IMG/VR virus record: IMGVR_UViG_3300020578_000006
Coordinates: 62,001 to 126,000 of that record
DNA length: 64,000 nt
Direction: 5' to 3' (one strand)
Positions 1-8,551 of the stretch are shown here, one piece after another. The position numbers and the translations under genes are program-made. A model generated the notes under the pieces. It had not been told where the DNA came from. It did no database searches and was given only the letters and a program-made list of their open reading frames with translations. The number at the start of each line of letters is the position of its first letter. Positions within the stretch are counted from its first letter, which is position 1.

Positions 1-313
1 AAGGCTTGGTATTACAAACGCTGCAGAGCAAATAAACGATCCAGATTATATTAATGCGTTTAAGAATATATGGTATAGCCTTATAGAAGAACAAAAAGAA
101 GAGCAACTCTTACAGTTGGATACGGCCAAACAAAATATTCTAAAAGCCGAGGGTGTTGATAAAGAGGATTTTTTACAGCAATGTGATATACTTGAATTAA
201 TGATCAAACAAATAGATAAAACTGTTCTATTAGGTTGTAATTCTATCAGTGAAATTATTAAAACCTGGCCCAGCTATCTTCAACCTGAACCATATTACAT
301 AGACAATGAGTGA
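1..313 (+). CDS. Hypothetical protein, 5' end truncated by window
   Basis: Frame is open from position 2 (RLGITNAAEQINDPDY...) into the listed 116..313 ORF; stop overlaps next ATG. Confidence 0.7.
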   Translation, partial: RLGITNAAEQINDPDYINAFKNIWYSLIEEQKEEQLLQLDTAKQNILKAEGVDKEDFLQQCDILELMIKQIDKTVLLGCNSISEIIKTWPSYLQPEPYYIDNE

Positions 314-1052
314 AACAATTAACTTCTTCTGGTTAGGAGACAAGCTTGGATTATTAGAGCAGCTATCATTGAAGTCATTTTTAGACCATGGACATAAAAC
401 AATTCTATGGGCTTACAATATCAAATGCCACGGGGTGCCTTCAGGTGTCATTGTTAATAATGCTAATGAAATACTTTCCGAAGATCGAATATTTAAATAT
501 ACCGGTAACGGCGATTGTCGTGTAAATAGTATCGGTGGGTTTTCTGACTTATTTAGATATTATCTTTTGAATAAAGTTGGCGGGTGGTATTGTGATATGG
601 ATGTTACCTGTCTAGCCCCTTTCAATAATATTAATCAGGAGTATGTTATAAGACCTCATAAAAATACTAAAATTGTTGGTAATATCCTTAAGACCCCTAA
701 CAATAATAGTTTTCTAGAAGATTGTATAGCTGAAACCGAAAGACTTGTCGATAAGGATAACGATAGATGGATTAAACCATTAGAGATATTAAGAGATTGC
801 GTATACAAGCACGGTATTGATAAGTTTATTGTTCAAAAAGATTGGTTTGGTAATGATGATATTGAGGAGATAAGAAAAATGTTAAACATAGGAGTATTCA
901 CCAAATATATTAATTTACCTAAGTATGCTATTCATTGGTGTAATGAGGCAATTTCTACTGGTCGCTGGGACTATTCTATAAAGCGAGATTTTAATAAACC
1001 ATTGCCTACTACTCTATTTTATAACCTATTAAAAAAACATGAACTCTTGTAA
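306..1052 (+). CDS. Glycosyltransferase, GT32/OCH1-like (DxD)
   Basis: N-terminal FFWLG...SLKSFLDHGH, SDLFRYYLL..VGGWYCDMD (DxD) and a late HWCN motif. Confidence 0.8.
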   Translation: MSETINFFWLGDKLGLLEQLSLKSFLDHGHKTILWAYNIKCHGVPSGVIVNNANEILSEDRIFKYTGNGDCRVNSIGGFSDLFRYYLLNKVGGWYCDMDVTCLAPFNNINQEYVIRPHKNTKIVGNILKTPNNNSFLEDCIAETERLVDKDNDRWIKPLEILRDCVYKHGIDKFIVQKDWFGNDDIEEIRKMLNIGVFTKYINLPKYAIHWCNEAISTGRWDYSIKRDFNKPLPTTLFYNLLKKHELL

Positions 1053-1839
1053 TATAGCGTTTGTAACTACGTTAAGCGATGATTTTTTGCCTGGAGCGGT
1101 TGCAGCAATTAAAAGCCTCATTAAAAATACCCCTACATTTAGCTACCCTATAATAATCTTAGAGTGGGGAGGCTTATCTGATTATAATAAAAGCTTACTT
1201 AAGAAAATATATAAAAATATTTCTTTTAAACATGTAGACTCTAATAACTACCCTGAGTATCAATCCGGTGAAAATAGAGTTTGGAATTATAATTTTAACT
1301 ATAGATATGATATATTTTTACTCGATAAATTTGATAGGATAATTTTCTTTGATTCTGATATAATTTTTAATATAGATATATCCAAATTGGCTAAGATAAA
1401 ATGTAATTTTGGTGCTGTTCCAAGGTCTAGAGGGACTAATGTTCAGATAGGAAAAAGACCGGGGTTTAATGCCGGCTTAATGATTATTGGGAAGAAGTTT
1501 TTAAATAAAGAAACCCGGGATAGTTTAATAAAGCTTTCTAAGCAGCCAGCTATTTTGGATATCCGTGTAAAAAAACAATTATGGATAGGAAATGAGCCCA
1601 TTCTAAACAATTTCTTTAAAACATTTACCAAATTACCAAAAAAATATAACTTGTGTATAGATGATATAAAGCCAAAAATTAATTTACTAGACTATAATAT
1701 ACATTATATTGGTAAACGTAAGCCGTGGAATAATTCTATAGATAGTTACGCCACTAACAAATTAGCATCAAAATACGGACAGTTCTTTGCAGTTCTTACG
1801 TCTAAAAAGCTTGTTAATTTATATAAAAAGTATACTTAA
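1039..1839 (+). CDS. Glycosyltransferase family 8-like
   Basis: FVTTLSDDFLPGA start, IIFFDSDII (DxD), FNAGLMII, NEPILN, HYIGKRKPW. Confidence 0.8.
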   Translation: MNSCNIAFVTTLSDDFLPGAVAAIKSLIKNTPTFSYPIIILEWGGLSDYNKSLLKKIYKNISFKHVDSNNYPEYQSGENRVWNYNFNYRYDIFLLDKFDRIIFFDSDIIFNIDISKLAKIKCNFGAVPRSRGTNVQIGKRPGFNAGLMIIGKKFLNKETRDSLIKLSKQPAILDIRVKKQLWIGNEPILNNFFKTFTKLPKKYNLCIDDIKPKINLLDYNIHYIGKRKPWNNSIDSYATNKLASKYGQFFAVLTSKKLVNLYKKYT

Positions 1840-1842
1840 TAT

Positions 1843-2031
1843 ATGGAACTAGATGATATATTAGCGTTTTTTAATGAAGATGCTTTATGCCCAGAAAACA
1901 TTAAAAATTGTAGATCTCTTAGAGATGCTTACTTTAAAGAGTACAATGGCCTTTTAAACAAAAAATGTGAACATTGTACTTTAGTATCCTTGAGAGACAA
2001 GTATATTAAAATTATTTCTCAAAATGAATAA
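1843..2031 (+). CDS. Small hypothetical protein with CxxC (CEHC)
   Basis: ORF packed between co-oriented genes with overlapping stop/start. Confidence 0.6.
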   Translation: MELDDILAFFNEDALCPENIKNCRSLRDAYFKEYNGLLNKKCEHCTLVSLRDKYIKIISQNE

Positions 2032-2797
2032 GATTCTAATTGTAGGCAAGGGATATGTGGGCTCTGCTGTTGTATCTATATTTAAAAAAGATGAATGTGT
2101 AATAGTAGACCCAAGATATAGTAGAATAAAACTAGAAGATTTAAAAGGTCAAAAATTTAAAACAATTTTTGTTTCGCTGGACACTCCTAAAGAAGACAAT
2201 TTTTACTTACTTCAATCTGTTGTTAAGAAAATAAACAAACTATTACCTGGTAATATTGTTTGCTGTAAATCAACCGCGCTTCCTTTAATTTATGAAAAAA
2301 TAGAACGGGTCAACAAGAACATTTCTGTAATACATTATCCAGAATTTCTCTCGCACCGCACTAATATAAAAGATTTTAAGACCCAGAAATTTATTATCTT
2401 AGGCGGTTCAAAATCTAGCTGTATAGTGGTAAGCAGCTTGCTTAAGAGCCGACTTAAAAAGGTTAAAAAAGTCATTTACACCGATATTAAAACAGCTTCA
2501 TTGGTCAAGTATGCTAGTAATTCGTTTTTGGCATCAAAGATAACTTTTTTTAATGAGCTTTATAAAATTTTTAAAAAGAGCAAAATCAAATCTACCTTTA
2601 GTACTTTTGTAGAGATTTTATTAAATGATAACAGAATAGGCAAATCACATACAGTTGTACCAGGTACAGACGGTAGATTTGGATGGGGTGGGCATTGTTT
2701 TAATAAAGATATTTTACATTTATATAGATTTTCTAATAGCAAGTTGTTAAAATATATTTTTAATCTAAACAAACAACACAGAAAACTTTATGTATAG
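2024..2797 (+). CDS. ugd: UDP-glucose/GDP-mannose 6-dehydrogenase family protein (short form)
   Basis: Rossmann IVGKGYVG, KST, PEFL, KYASNSFLASKITFFNEL, catalytic GGHCFNKD; C-terminal domain absent. Confidence 0.8.
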   Translation: MNKILIVGKGYVGSAVVSIFKKDECVIVDPRYSRIKLEDLKGQKFKTIFVSLDTPKEDNFYLLQSVVKKINKLLPGNIVCCKSTALPLIYEKIERVNKNISVIHYPEFLSHRTNIKDFKTQKFIILGGSKSSCIVVSSLLKSRLKKVKKVIYTDIKTASLVKYASNSFLASKITFFNELYKIFKKSKIKSTFSTFVEILLNDNRIGKSHTVVPGTDGRFGWGGHCFNKDILHLYRFSNSKLLKYIFNLNKQHRKLYV

Positions 2798-3116
2798 TTA
2801 TTATTTTATAGGGCTCGGAGTAACTCTTACTGGTCTTTTAATTTGGTTTTATAGTCCTATTAAAATTACTATTGGTCAACTTTTGTTTGGTAAGTGTATA
2901 AATAGTGCGGAAGATTTTGATGTTGCAATAATGTTTAAATTTCCTATTTTAGGCAAACTACAAAGCTGTTATATATGCTCTTCATTCTGGCTCTCTTTGT
3001 TAATCGGCAGTCTTTTCACTCTTCTTTTTGGAATAAACTACAAATTTATTTTTTTGGCATGGTTTACATACCCGTCTATAGCTTATCTGTATAAGAAGTT
3101 TATAGATAATAAATAA
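2790..3116 (+). CDS. Small membrane protein, DUF1360-like
   Basis: Hydrophobic segments flanking LQSCYICSSFW (CxxCxxxW). Confidence 0.5.
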   Translation: MYSYYFIGLGVTLTGLLIWFYSPIKITIGQLLFGKCINSAEDFDVAIMFKFPILGKLQSCYICSSFWLSLLIGSLFTLLFGINYKFIFLAWFTYPSIAYLYKKFIDNK

Positions 3117-3121
3117 TATGT

Positions 3122-3451
3122 ATGTCAAATTACTGGCAACCAAAGATAGATAAGTGGTTAGAGAATGTTAATATTAACAATACCCCATCTTTTCCTATAA
3201 GCTATCAGTATGCACCTAATGAAGGGGAAGAAAAAAATAAAGTATTTGTTTCAGGCCATGGACAAGTAAGCTTAAAGCAACTAAAACAGCAAATTGTTGA
3301 CATGCTTGATGATGCTTCAGCGTTAGCTAGATCGGACGATTTAGCAGATTTAGAAAAACTAGAGCAAACTGTTATTTCATCTCCAGATTTAAGTAATACA
3401 ATTAAACAATATATAGAGGCCCTTCGTAATTTTAGGGCCAATAAGGTATGA
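3122..3451 (+). CDS. Hypothetical protein (probably late)
   Basis: ORF preceded by TAAATA at 3110-3115. Confidence 0.65.
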   Translation: MSNYWQPKIDKWLENVNINNTPSFPISYQYAPNEGEEKNKVFVSGHGQVSLKQLKQQIVDMLDDASALARSDDLADLEKLEQTVISSPDLSNTIKQYIEALRNFRANKV

Positions 3452-3452
3452 T

Positions 3453-3629
3453 ATGGAAGAGGGTAAAGCAAAAACAAAGATTACAGCAGATTTTGTTTTA
3501 GATATATACGAAAAAAGTAAAAAGACAAAAGGCAAAGCTTCAGAAGAACTACTACAAACCGCTAAAACACTTTCCAAACATTTAAATGAATGGTTGGTCG
3601 TGTCTAATAGCCTTAAAAAGAAGGCTTGA
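3453..3629 (+). CDS. Small basic hypothetical protein (58 aa, MEEGKAKTKITADF...KKKA), not in ORF track
   Basis: Hand-translated ATG 3453 to TGA 3629; fills the gap directly after the previous stop. Confidence 0.6.
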   Translation: MEEGKAKTKITADFVLDIYEKSKKTKGKASEELLQTAKTLSKHLNEWLVVSNSLKKKA

Positions 3630-3657
3630 TTTTCTCTGCCCTCCTTTAAAATGAGTA

Positions 3658-4134
3658 ATGGATAAACTGTATTTAACTTGGAATGAAGTTACAGATCAAT
3701 TAAAAATTATTCACAATCAAACAAAGCATCTAGATAGTAATTCCGCAGTCATAGGCCTGTCTAGAGGCGGTTTAGTACCAGCGGTTATAATATCGCACCT
3801 CAAAAACATTAGCTGCTTTTATAGCTGTGGCATTAAGAGCTACTCTGAGCACAACAAGTCAACGGAAATAATGTTTCAATACCCAGATAAACAGGAATTA
3901 AGAAATAAGGAGATTGTGTATGTTGTTGATGATATTTGTGATACAGGGGGTACCTTAAAATTTATTGAAAATTATTTGTTGCCTATTAAGATGGTTTCAA
4001 TTACACTAATATATAGGCAGAATGAATTGTATAAGCCAAATTATTTTGGTAAAGAACTCTTTGACAAGAGATGGGTTGTTTTTCCTTGGGAAGAGACTAA
4101 ATATTACACTACTAAAGAACATAGTTTTTCTTAG
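3658..4134 (+). CDS. Type I purine phosphoribosyltransferase (Gpt/XGPRT-like)
   Basis: IGLSRGGLVPA, PRPP-binding VVDDICDTGGT, WVVFPWE. Confidence 0.85.
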   Translation: MDKLYLTWNEVTDQLKIIHNQTKHLDSNSAVIGLSRGGLVPAVIISHLKNISCFYSCGIKSYSEHNKSTEIMFQYPDKQELRNKEIVYVVDDICDTGGTLKFIENYLLPIKMVSITLIYRQNELYKPNYFGKELFDKRWVVFPWEETKYYTTKEHSFS

Positions 4135-4156
4135 GCAAATTTGCCATTAATTCTTT

Positions 4157-4720
4157 ATGAAAACAAACAAAAAAACATACAAGCTAGGCCTACTGACCCT
4201 CATATTCTTTATGACTACTGTGTCAGTATGCTTTACTGACTATAAAATAAAGAAGACCATTAAGGATGTTAAGGCTGAATTAAAGGCAGCCCCTTTGCAA
4301 GAAGAAAGGGCTATAGCAAAGCAAATTAAAGTTAAACCAGATGGCATATTTTACAAAGATGAATTTATACCTAGGACTAATAATAGCGGGTTCAAAGTAT
4401 TGACTGTCCGCTTAACAGTCTACTGGGCAAAAGGTGGACATACTGATTATTACAGTTCTAAGAAAAAAAGCTCTACAGGATATACTTTAAAGCAAGGGGA
4501 GTCAATTGCTGTTGATCCAAGGATAATTCCTTATAAAAAAGAAGTTATTATCCCTAATATTGGTTTGGTTAAAGCTGTAGATACTGGGTCTGCTGTTGTT
4601 GCTAAGAAGGCCTCCAATGGAAAGCTTCCAGTTATAGATGTGTTTTTTGAAAATAAGAAAGATGCAATACTCTTTGCTAATAGATACCCTAAAGTTGTTA
4701 AGGTTGCTATAATAAACTAA
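4157..4720 (+). CDS. 3D (three-Asp) domain protein with N-terminal signal/TM segment; putative peptidoglycan lytic enzyme
   Basis: AVDPRIIPY, AVDTGSAV, VIDVFF; hydrophobic LGLLTLIFFMTTVSVCF. Confidence 0.75.
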   Translation: MKTNKKTYKLGLLTLIFFMTTVSVCFTDYKIKKTIKDVKAELKAAPLQEERAIAKQIKVKPDGIFYKDEFIPRTNNSGFKVLTVRLTVYWAKGGHTDYYSSKKKSSTGYTLKQGESIAVDPRIIPYKKEVIIPNIGLVKAVDTGSAVVAKKASNGKLPVIDVFFENKKDAILFANRYPKVVKVAIIN

Positions 4721-4723
4721 ATA
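4718..4723 (+). promoter_or_regulatory. Late promoter core TAAATA
   Basis: 4 nt before GTG 4728. Confidence 0.65.
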
Positions 4724-4727
4724 ATAT

Positions 4728-5216
4728 GTGACTTTTAATAGGCTAGTCTATAGTATTCTAGAGCAGGTTAAACCTTTATCTCCTTTTGATATAGATGTAT
4801 TAGCCGCACTACTTGTTAAAGAGGCGGGAGGAGAAAAAGATTATGTTGCAGGTATGGCAGGGGTAATGAACACTATAGCTGCCAGAGCTAATAATAATCC
4901 TTCTAATTTTATAAAGGTTGCGTTACAACCAAAACAGTTTAGTGCTTTTAATAATATTAAAAGCCAGCAAGATTTGGTCAATGTTGTTACACAGACAAAG
5001 ACTCATCCTAGATTTAATGCCGCAAAAGAAATGGTTGTATCTGCTTCTAGAGGTACTTTACCTAATTTAATAGGTCAAGCCAAACACTATCACGTAACTA
5101 AAGGCCCCAGTACAGTAACTCCAAGTTGGACTAGCCCACAATACGGTGGTAAAAACCCATTAGCAAAACCAACAACAACAATCGGGAGTCACACCTTCTT
5201 TTCTGGAGTGCGTTGA
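4728..5216 (+). CDS. SleB-like cell wall hydrolase (Hydrolase_2)
   Basis: LAALLVKEAGGE (catalytic Glu), VMNTIAAR, PKQFSAFN, IGSHTFF. Confidence 0.8.
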   Translation: MTFNRLVYSILEQVKPLSPFDIDVLAALLVKEAGGEKDYVAGMAGVMNTIAARANNNPSNFIKVALQPKQFSAFNNIKSQQDLVNVVTQTKTHPRFNAAKEMVVSASRGTLPNLIGQAKHYHVTKGPSTVTPSWTSPQYGGKNPLAKPTTTIGSHTFFSGVR

Positions 5217-5413
5217 TTTACTTTCTTTTTATTTACTTTAATTAAAATACCTGTACCTGAGCTAGGGGCAATACCGGGGAGATTGGCGCCTTTAAACCCT
5301 TGAGGAAGCAAGCCACGATCATCTATATTTGGACCTGTGCCTTGACCCGGTCTATCAAAACTACCGTTGCCTAATCCTTCGTAAATTTTTTTAATAGAGT
5401 CGTCAAATTTCAT
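5189..5413 (-). CDS. Small Gly/Pro-rich hypothetical protein
   Basis: TAATG stop/start overlap with upstream fiber gene. Confidence 0.6.
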   Translation of the reverse strand: MKFDDSIKKIYEGLGNGSFDRPGQGTGPNIDDRGLLPQGFKGANLPGIAPSSGTGILIKVNKKKVNQRTPEKKV

Positions 5414-6801
5414 TATGTCTTAATAATCTTTGTAACAATAGCAGAAGGTTGAATATTAGTGTGTGCTTGTGCGGCATTAGACTCACCCACATTACTGGTT
5501 GTCGTTGTGTAATCAAGAGGGAACGTAATAGTAAAAGGTGTTGCACTATGGCCATCGGTAATAACTTCAGATGTTACATACATTCTTGCAAAAGATACAC
5601 CGGCGTTCCAGTTTCGATTAATATAGCCTCCACCACCATCTCCGTTGATGTTTTGCTGTCTTTCTGCATCTTTCCACAGTCCAGCAGGGACTGTTGTTAC
5701 CCTATTTACATTAGCCCCGGGTCCAGCTCTTACTGCAAACGCACCATCATCTCCGCCCCCGCCATAACCAAAGTAATGTTGGTGGTTAAGGGGAATATTA
5801 ACCGTATTCTGCAAGGTAGTGGTTACGGAGAAATTATGTGCGTGCGATCTTAAACCGCTTTGGTTTGCTGTAAGAAGAACTGATTCTAAACCACCTGTCT
5901 GTCCTACAGCACTTCCTAATGTCAGAGAACCAACACCACCAGATCCAACTGTTACTCGGCGCCTTAGATCAGGTACATTAAATGTTGAAGTACCATTCCC
6001 TGCACCCCATAGTGTACCAATTACATTAAATAGAGTTGAAAAAGCTGCACGGCTTACCGCTGTACCATCACACAGTAAATAACCTACCGGTGCGATTGTG
6101 CCTGCAAAATCTAAAATAGTGCCTGTTGGTACTGCTGCTACATTTGCGTTTACTATAGGGGCTAAAGATTGTGCCAATAGCGCCATTGGAACATCTGTGG
6201 GCATACCAACTGTATTAAATCTTGCCTTTACCGTGTTTGCTGGCATGTTGGCCAGCTTTGTATTATCTATCCCGGCAATCGCAACACTTAAACTATTACC
6301 AACAAAAGTCAATCCACCTGTTGGGTCTGGGATTTGAACTATTTGATCTGAAGAAATCCTCTCCAATCCACGCCCAATAGCAGTACCGGTGAAGTAAGTC
6401 CCGTCTAAACTATTTTGCTTTACACTAAATGTATTACCAACTTTGGTAATAGTCACGTTATCGGGCGCTAGCGTAACTCCAAACCTAGCATAATCTGCTA
6501 CTAAACCAGGATTTGAACCGGTTAATGCAAAAATACTAGAAGTAATTGTATCGTAAATTATATCCCCGATTTGACCTCTCATATTAATCTGATCAAATGA
6601 AAGGTTGGTTGTTGTTTCCCCAAAAGTAGCAACACCCAGGTTTTTCATCCCTACAGCAACACCACCCGCTGTGGTACCGTCACCTATAAACAATCTTTTA
6701 GCATCAATTGTGTATCCTGGCTCACCTTGAAGTAATACTAGGTTGGTCTTTTCACTAAAGTTGCCTTTTCTAAAGACTATTCGTGTAATTGGGTCAGGCA
6801 T
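5413..6801 (-). CDS. Short tail fiber-like protein with phage tail collar domain
   Basis: Mtd_N-like N-terminus (LLQGEPGYTIDAKRLFIGDG); collar VPTGTILDFAG...YLLCDG...FNVPDLR; HxH motifs (SHAH, NHQH) in tip. Confidence 0.8.
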   Translation of the reverse strand: MPDPITRIVFRKGNFSEKTNLVLLQGEPGYTIDAKRLFIGDGTTAGGVAVGMKNLGVATFGETTTNLSFDQINMRGQIGDIIYDTITSSIFALTGSNPGLVADYARFGVTLAPDNVTITKVGNTFSVKQNSLDGTYFTGTAIGRGLERISSDQIVQIPDPTGGLTFVGNSLSVAIAGIDNTKLANMPANTVKARFNTVGMPTDVPMALLAQSLAPIVNANVAAVPTGTILDFAGTIAPVGYLLCDGTAVSRAAFSTLFNVIGTLWGAGNGTSTFNVPDLRRRVTVGSGGVGSLTLGSAVGQTGGLESVLLTANQSGLRSHAHNFSVTTTLQNTVNIPLNHQHYFGYGGGGDDGAFAVRAGPGANVNRVTTVPAGLWKDAERQQNINGDGGGGYINRNWNAGVSFARMYVTSEVITDGHSATPFTITFPLDYTTTTSNVGESNAAQAHTNIQPSAIVTKIIKT

Positions 6802-6822
6802 AATATTATATATTTATTGTAA

Positions 6823-6850
6823 TTGATTTATTTAGAAGTGCTTTTATAAT
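6823..6850 (+). promoter_or_regulatory. Sigma70-like early/middle promoter
   Basis: TTGATT-N16-TATAAT, 7 nt before ATG 6858. Confidence 0.65.
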
Positions 6851-6857
6851 ATCAATA

Positions 6858-7388
6858 ATGAAGGGTATAAGAGTAAACTGTATTATTACTAACGAGGAGA
6901 AATATTTCAATAGCACCGTTTTAAGGAACAAACTTAATAAGTTTGGGTCAGAAGACAATTTAAGAAAGTATTATGTATCTAAACCTGCTGCAAAATTGTT
7001 AAAATCTGGGTTAACTATTGACCAGGTTAGAAATAAACTTAACAGCTCTTACCAAAAGCAAGTTGATATAGAGATTCTATATAAATTAAAGTTGTTAAAA
7101 ACCGGTAAAAAAAGAAAAAAGCAAGTATCACCGGAAGAGGCTAGGCAGTTAAGAGAACAGACAGAACATAACGAGAAGGTGTGGTATAATCATCAAGAAA
7201 AAATGAAAACTTGCTCAAAGACGTGGGTAGAGGAAATGACCGGTGGACCTAATAGAGTACAAATTCCGTACGGGGGTACATGTATTAGACCTGATATTTA
7301 CTATGATAATGAAGGAAGCAAGCAAGGGAGATGCAAACCTTGCCCTTATCATGAATATTGTCTTTGTACTAATAAGGAAGTAGTATGA
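6858..7388 (+). CDS. Hypothetical protein with Cys-rich C-terminus; paralog of next gene
   Basis: CIIT...GSEDNLRK.Y..K.A..LL..G shared with 7385..7747; C-terminal CKPCPYHEYCLC. Confidence 0.7.
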   Translation: MKGIRVNCIITNEEKYFNSTVLRNKLNKFGSEDNLRKYYVSKPAAKLLKSGLTIDQVRNKLNSSYQKQVDIEILYKLKLLKTGKKRKKQVSPEEARQLREQTEHNEKVWYNHQEKMKTCSKTWVEEMTGGPNRVQIPYGGTCIRPDIYYDNEGSKQGRCKPCPYHEYCLCTNKEVV

Positions 7389-7747
7389 GGACTAAGAAAT
7401 TAACTTGTATTATTACTGGTAGAGTTCTTGCTGCTACTGGAGATTACTATTCAAAAAAATTAGAAAAAGCTGGATCAGAGGAAAACCTGAAGAGAACATA
7501 TATTTGTAAAGAGGCGAGAGATTTGCTTGAAAAAGGATTTAGTGTAAAAGATATAAGAAAACAATTAAATGCTGAAGATGTTCAAACTGTTATACCAGAT
7601 GATGTTATTAAAGATATTACCACTAATGAATTTGGCTTAAAGAAGAGTACATTGTTTTCTAATATATCTACTTTTACCCATCAAGAAACGGATCCTGAGG
7701 TAAAAGATTTTATAAATAAGATATATGCTGAGTCCTCAGAAAGATAA
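7385..7747 (+). CDS. Hypothetical protein, paralog of 6858..7388
   Basis: CIITG...GSEENLKRTYICKEARDLLEKG; 4-nt overlap with upstream gene. Confidence 0.7.
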   Translation: MRTKKLTCIITGRVLAATGDYYSKKLEKAGSEENLKRTYICKEARDLLEKGFSVKDIRKQLNAEDVQTVIPDDVIKDITTNEFGLKKSTLFSNISTFTHQETDPEVKDFINKIYAESSER

Positions 7748-7961
7748 AAATTTTACAGTTGTTAGTGATGGTACTGTATTAAGGTGTATCGATGCTAATA
7801 CCGGTACACAATTTAACACTTATAGAATTAACGGCACGTTAATATCTGGCCCAGTTGTAACAGGGGATAGAGTTACTATAGTTGTAAGAAGATCTAATAC
7901 AAATTTTGGCGAAGTACTTAAGCTTCCTTCTTTCATGCTTACATCAACTTTTCGCGGATAA
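7725..7961 (+). CDS. Hypothetical protein
   Basis: ORF in co-oriented cluster. Confidence 0.55.
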   Translation: MLSPQKDKNFTVVSDGTVLRCIDANTGTQFNTYRINGTLISGPVVTGDRVTIVVRRSNTNFGEVLKLPSFMLTSTFRG

Positions 7962-7965
7962 TACG

Positions 7966-7993
7966 TTGATATCTAATTAACTAATGTTATTAT
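7966..7993 (+). promoter_or_regulatory. Sigma70-like early/middle promoter
   Basis: TTGATA-N16-TATTAT with TG extension, 6 nt before ATG 8000. Confidence 0.6.
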
Positions 7994-7999
7994 CTAAGC

Positions 8000-8488
8000 A
8001 TGGAGAATATGCTAGATGTAACGTTAGCGGAACAGCAGCCGCAACTAGATTATCCATTAATTAAATCTGATTTTCCAGATTCGTTTTTTGCAGGATATAT
8101 TATAAAAAATCGTTATGATGAGGAAAGACTTAACATAACAAAAACTTATAACACAGAAAGATTTTCATTTGCCACTAATAACGGGACTTATAAACTTTAC
8201 GGGTTATTAAAGCAAGCTTCTCCAAACCATAAACTAGTTTCTAGTTTAAACTCTAGAAAAACCATTACTATTGGGGAATATAGTGGCCTATTAAATGCTT
8301 GTGGATTATCTTGTCTTTCTTGCTTCTTACACTTTTCCCCTGGCCTGTATCCTGTTGATAATAACTTTTCATCTCATTTCTTTCCTGAGATAGACGACAC
8401 TTTTCAAGAAACAAAAAATAATATACCATCTTTTCAGCAGGTGGGAAATATTTATATTTTTGCTCTCATAAATCATCATAAAAATTAA
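8000..8488 (+). CDS. Hypothetical protein
   Basis: ORF with sigma70-like promoter directly upstream. Confidence 0.65.
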   Translation: MENMLDVTLAEQQPQLDYPLIKSDFPDSFFAGYIIKNRYDEERLNITKTYNTERFSFATNNGTYKLYGLLKQASPNHKLVSSLNSRKTITIGEYSGLLNACGLSCLSCFLHFSPGLYPVDNNFSSHFFPEIDDTFQETKNNIPSFQQVGNIYIFALINHHKN

Positions 8489-8551
8489 TTTTTTTTTTTC
8501 TTGAAAAAAGAAGGAACTTGCTTGTAATAAATATAAAATAATTTTTGTGAT

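Noticed and set aside
4134-4145. 12-bp palindrome GGCAAATTTGCC
   Set aside because: Single occurrence noticed, no loop for a hairpin and no U-tract; insufficient support
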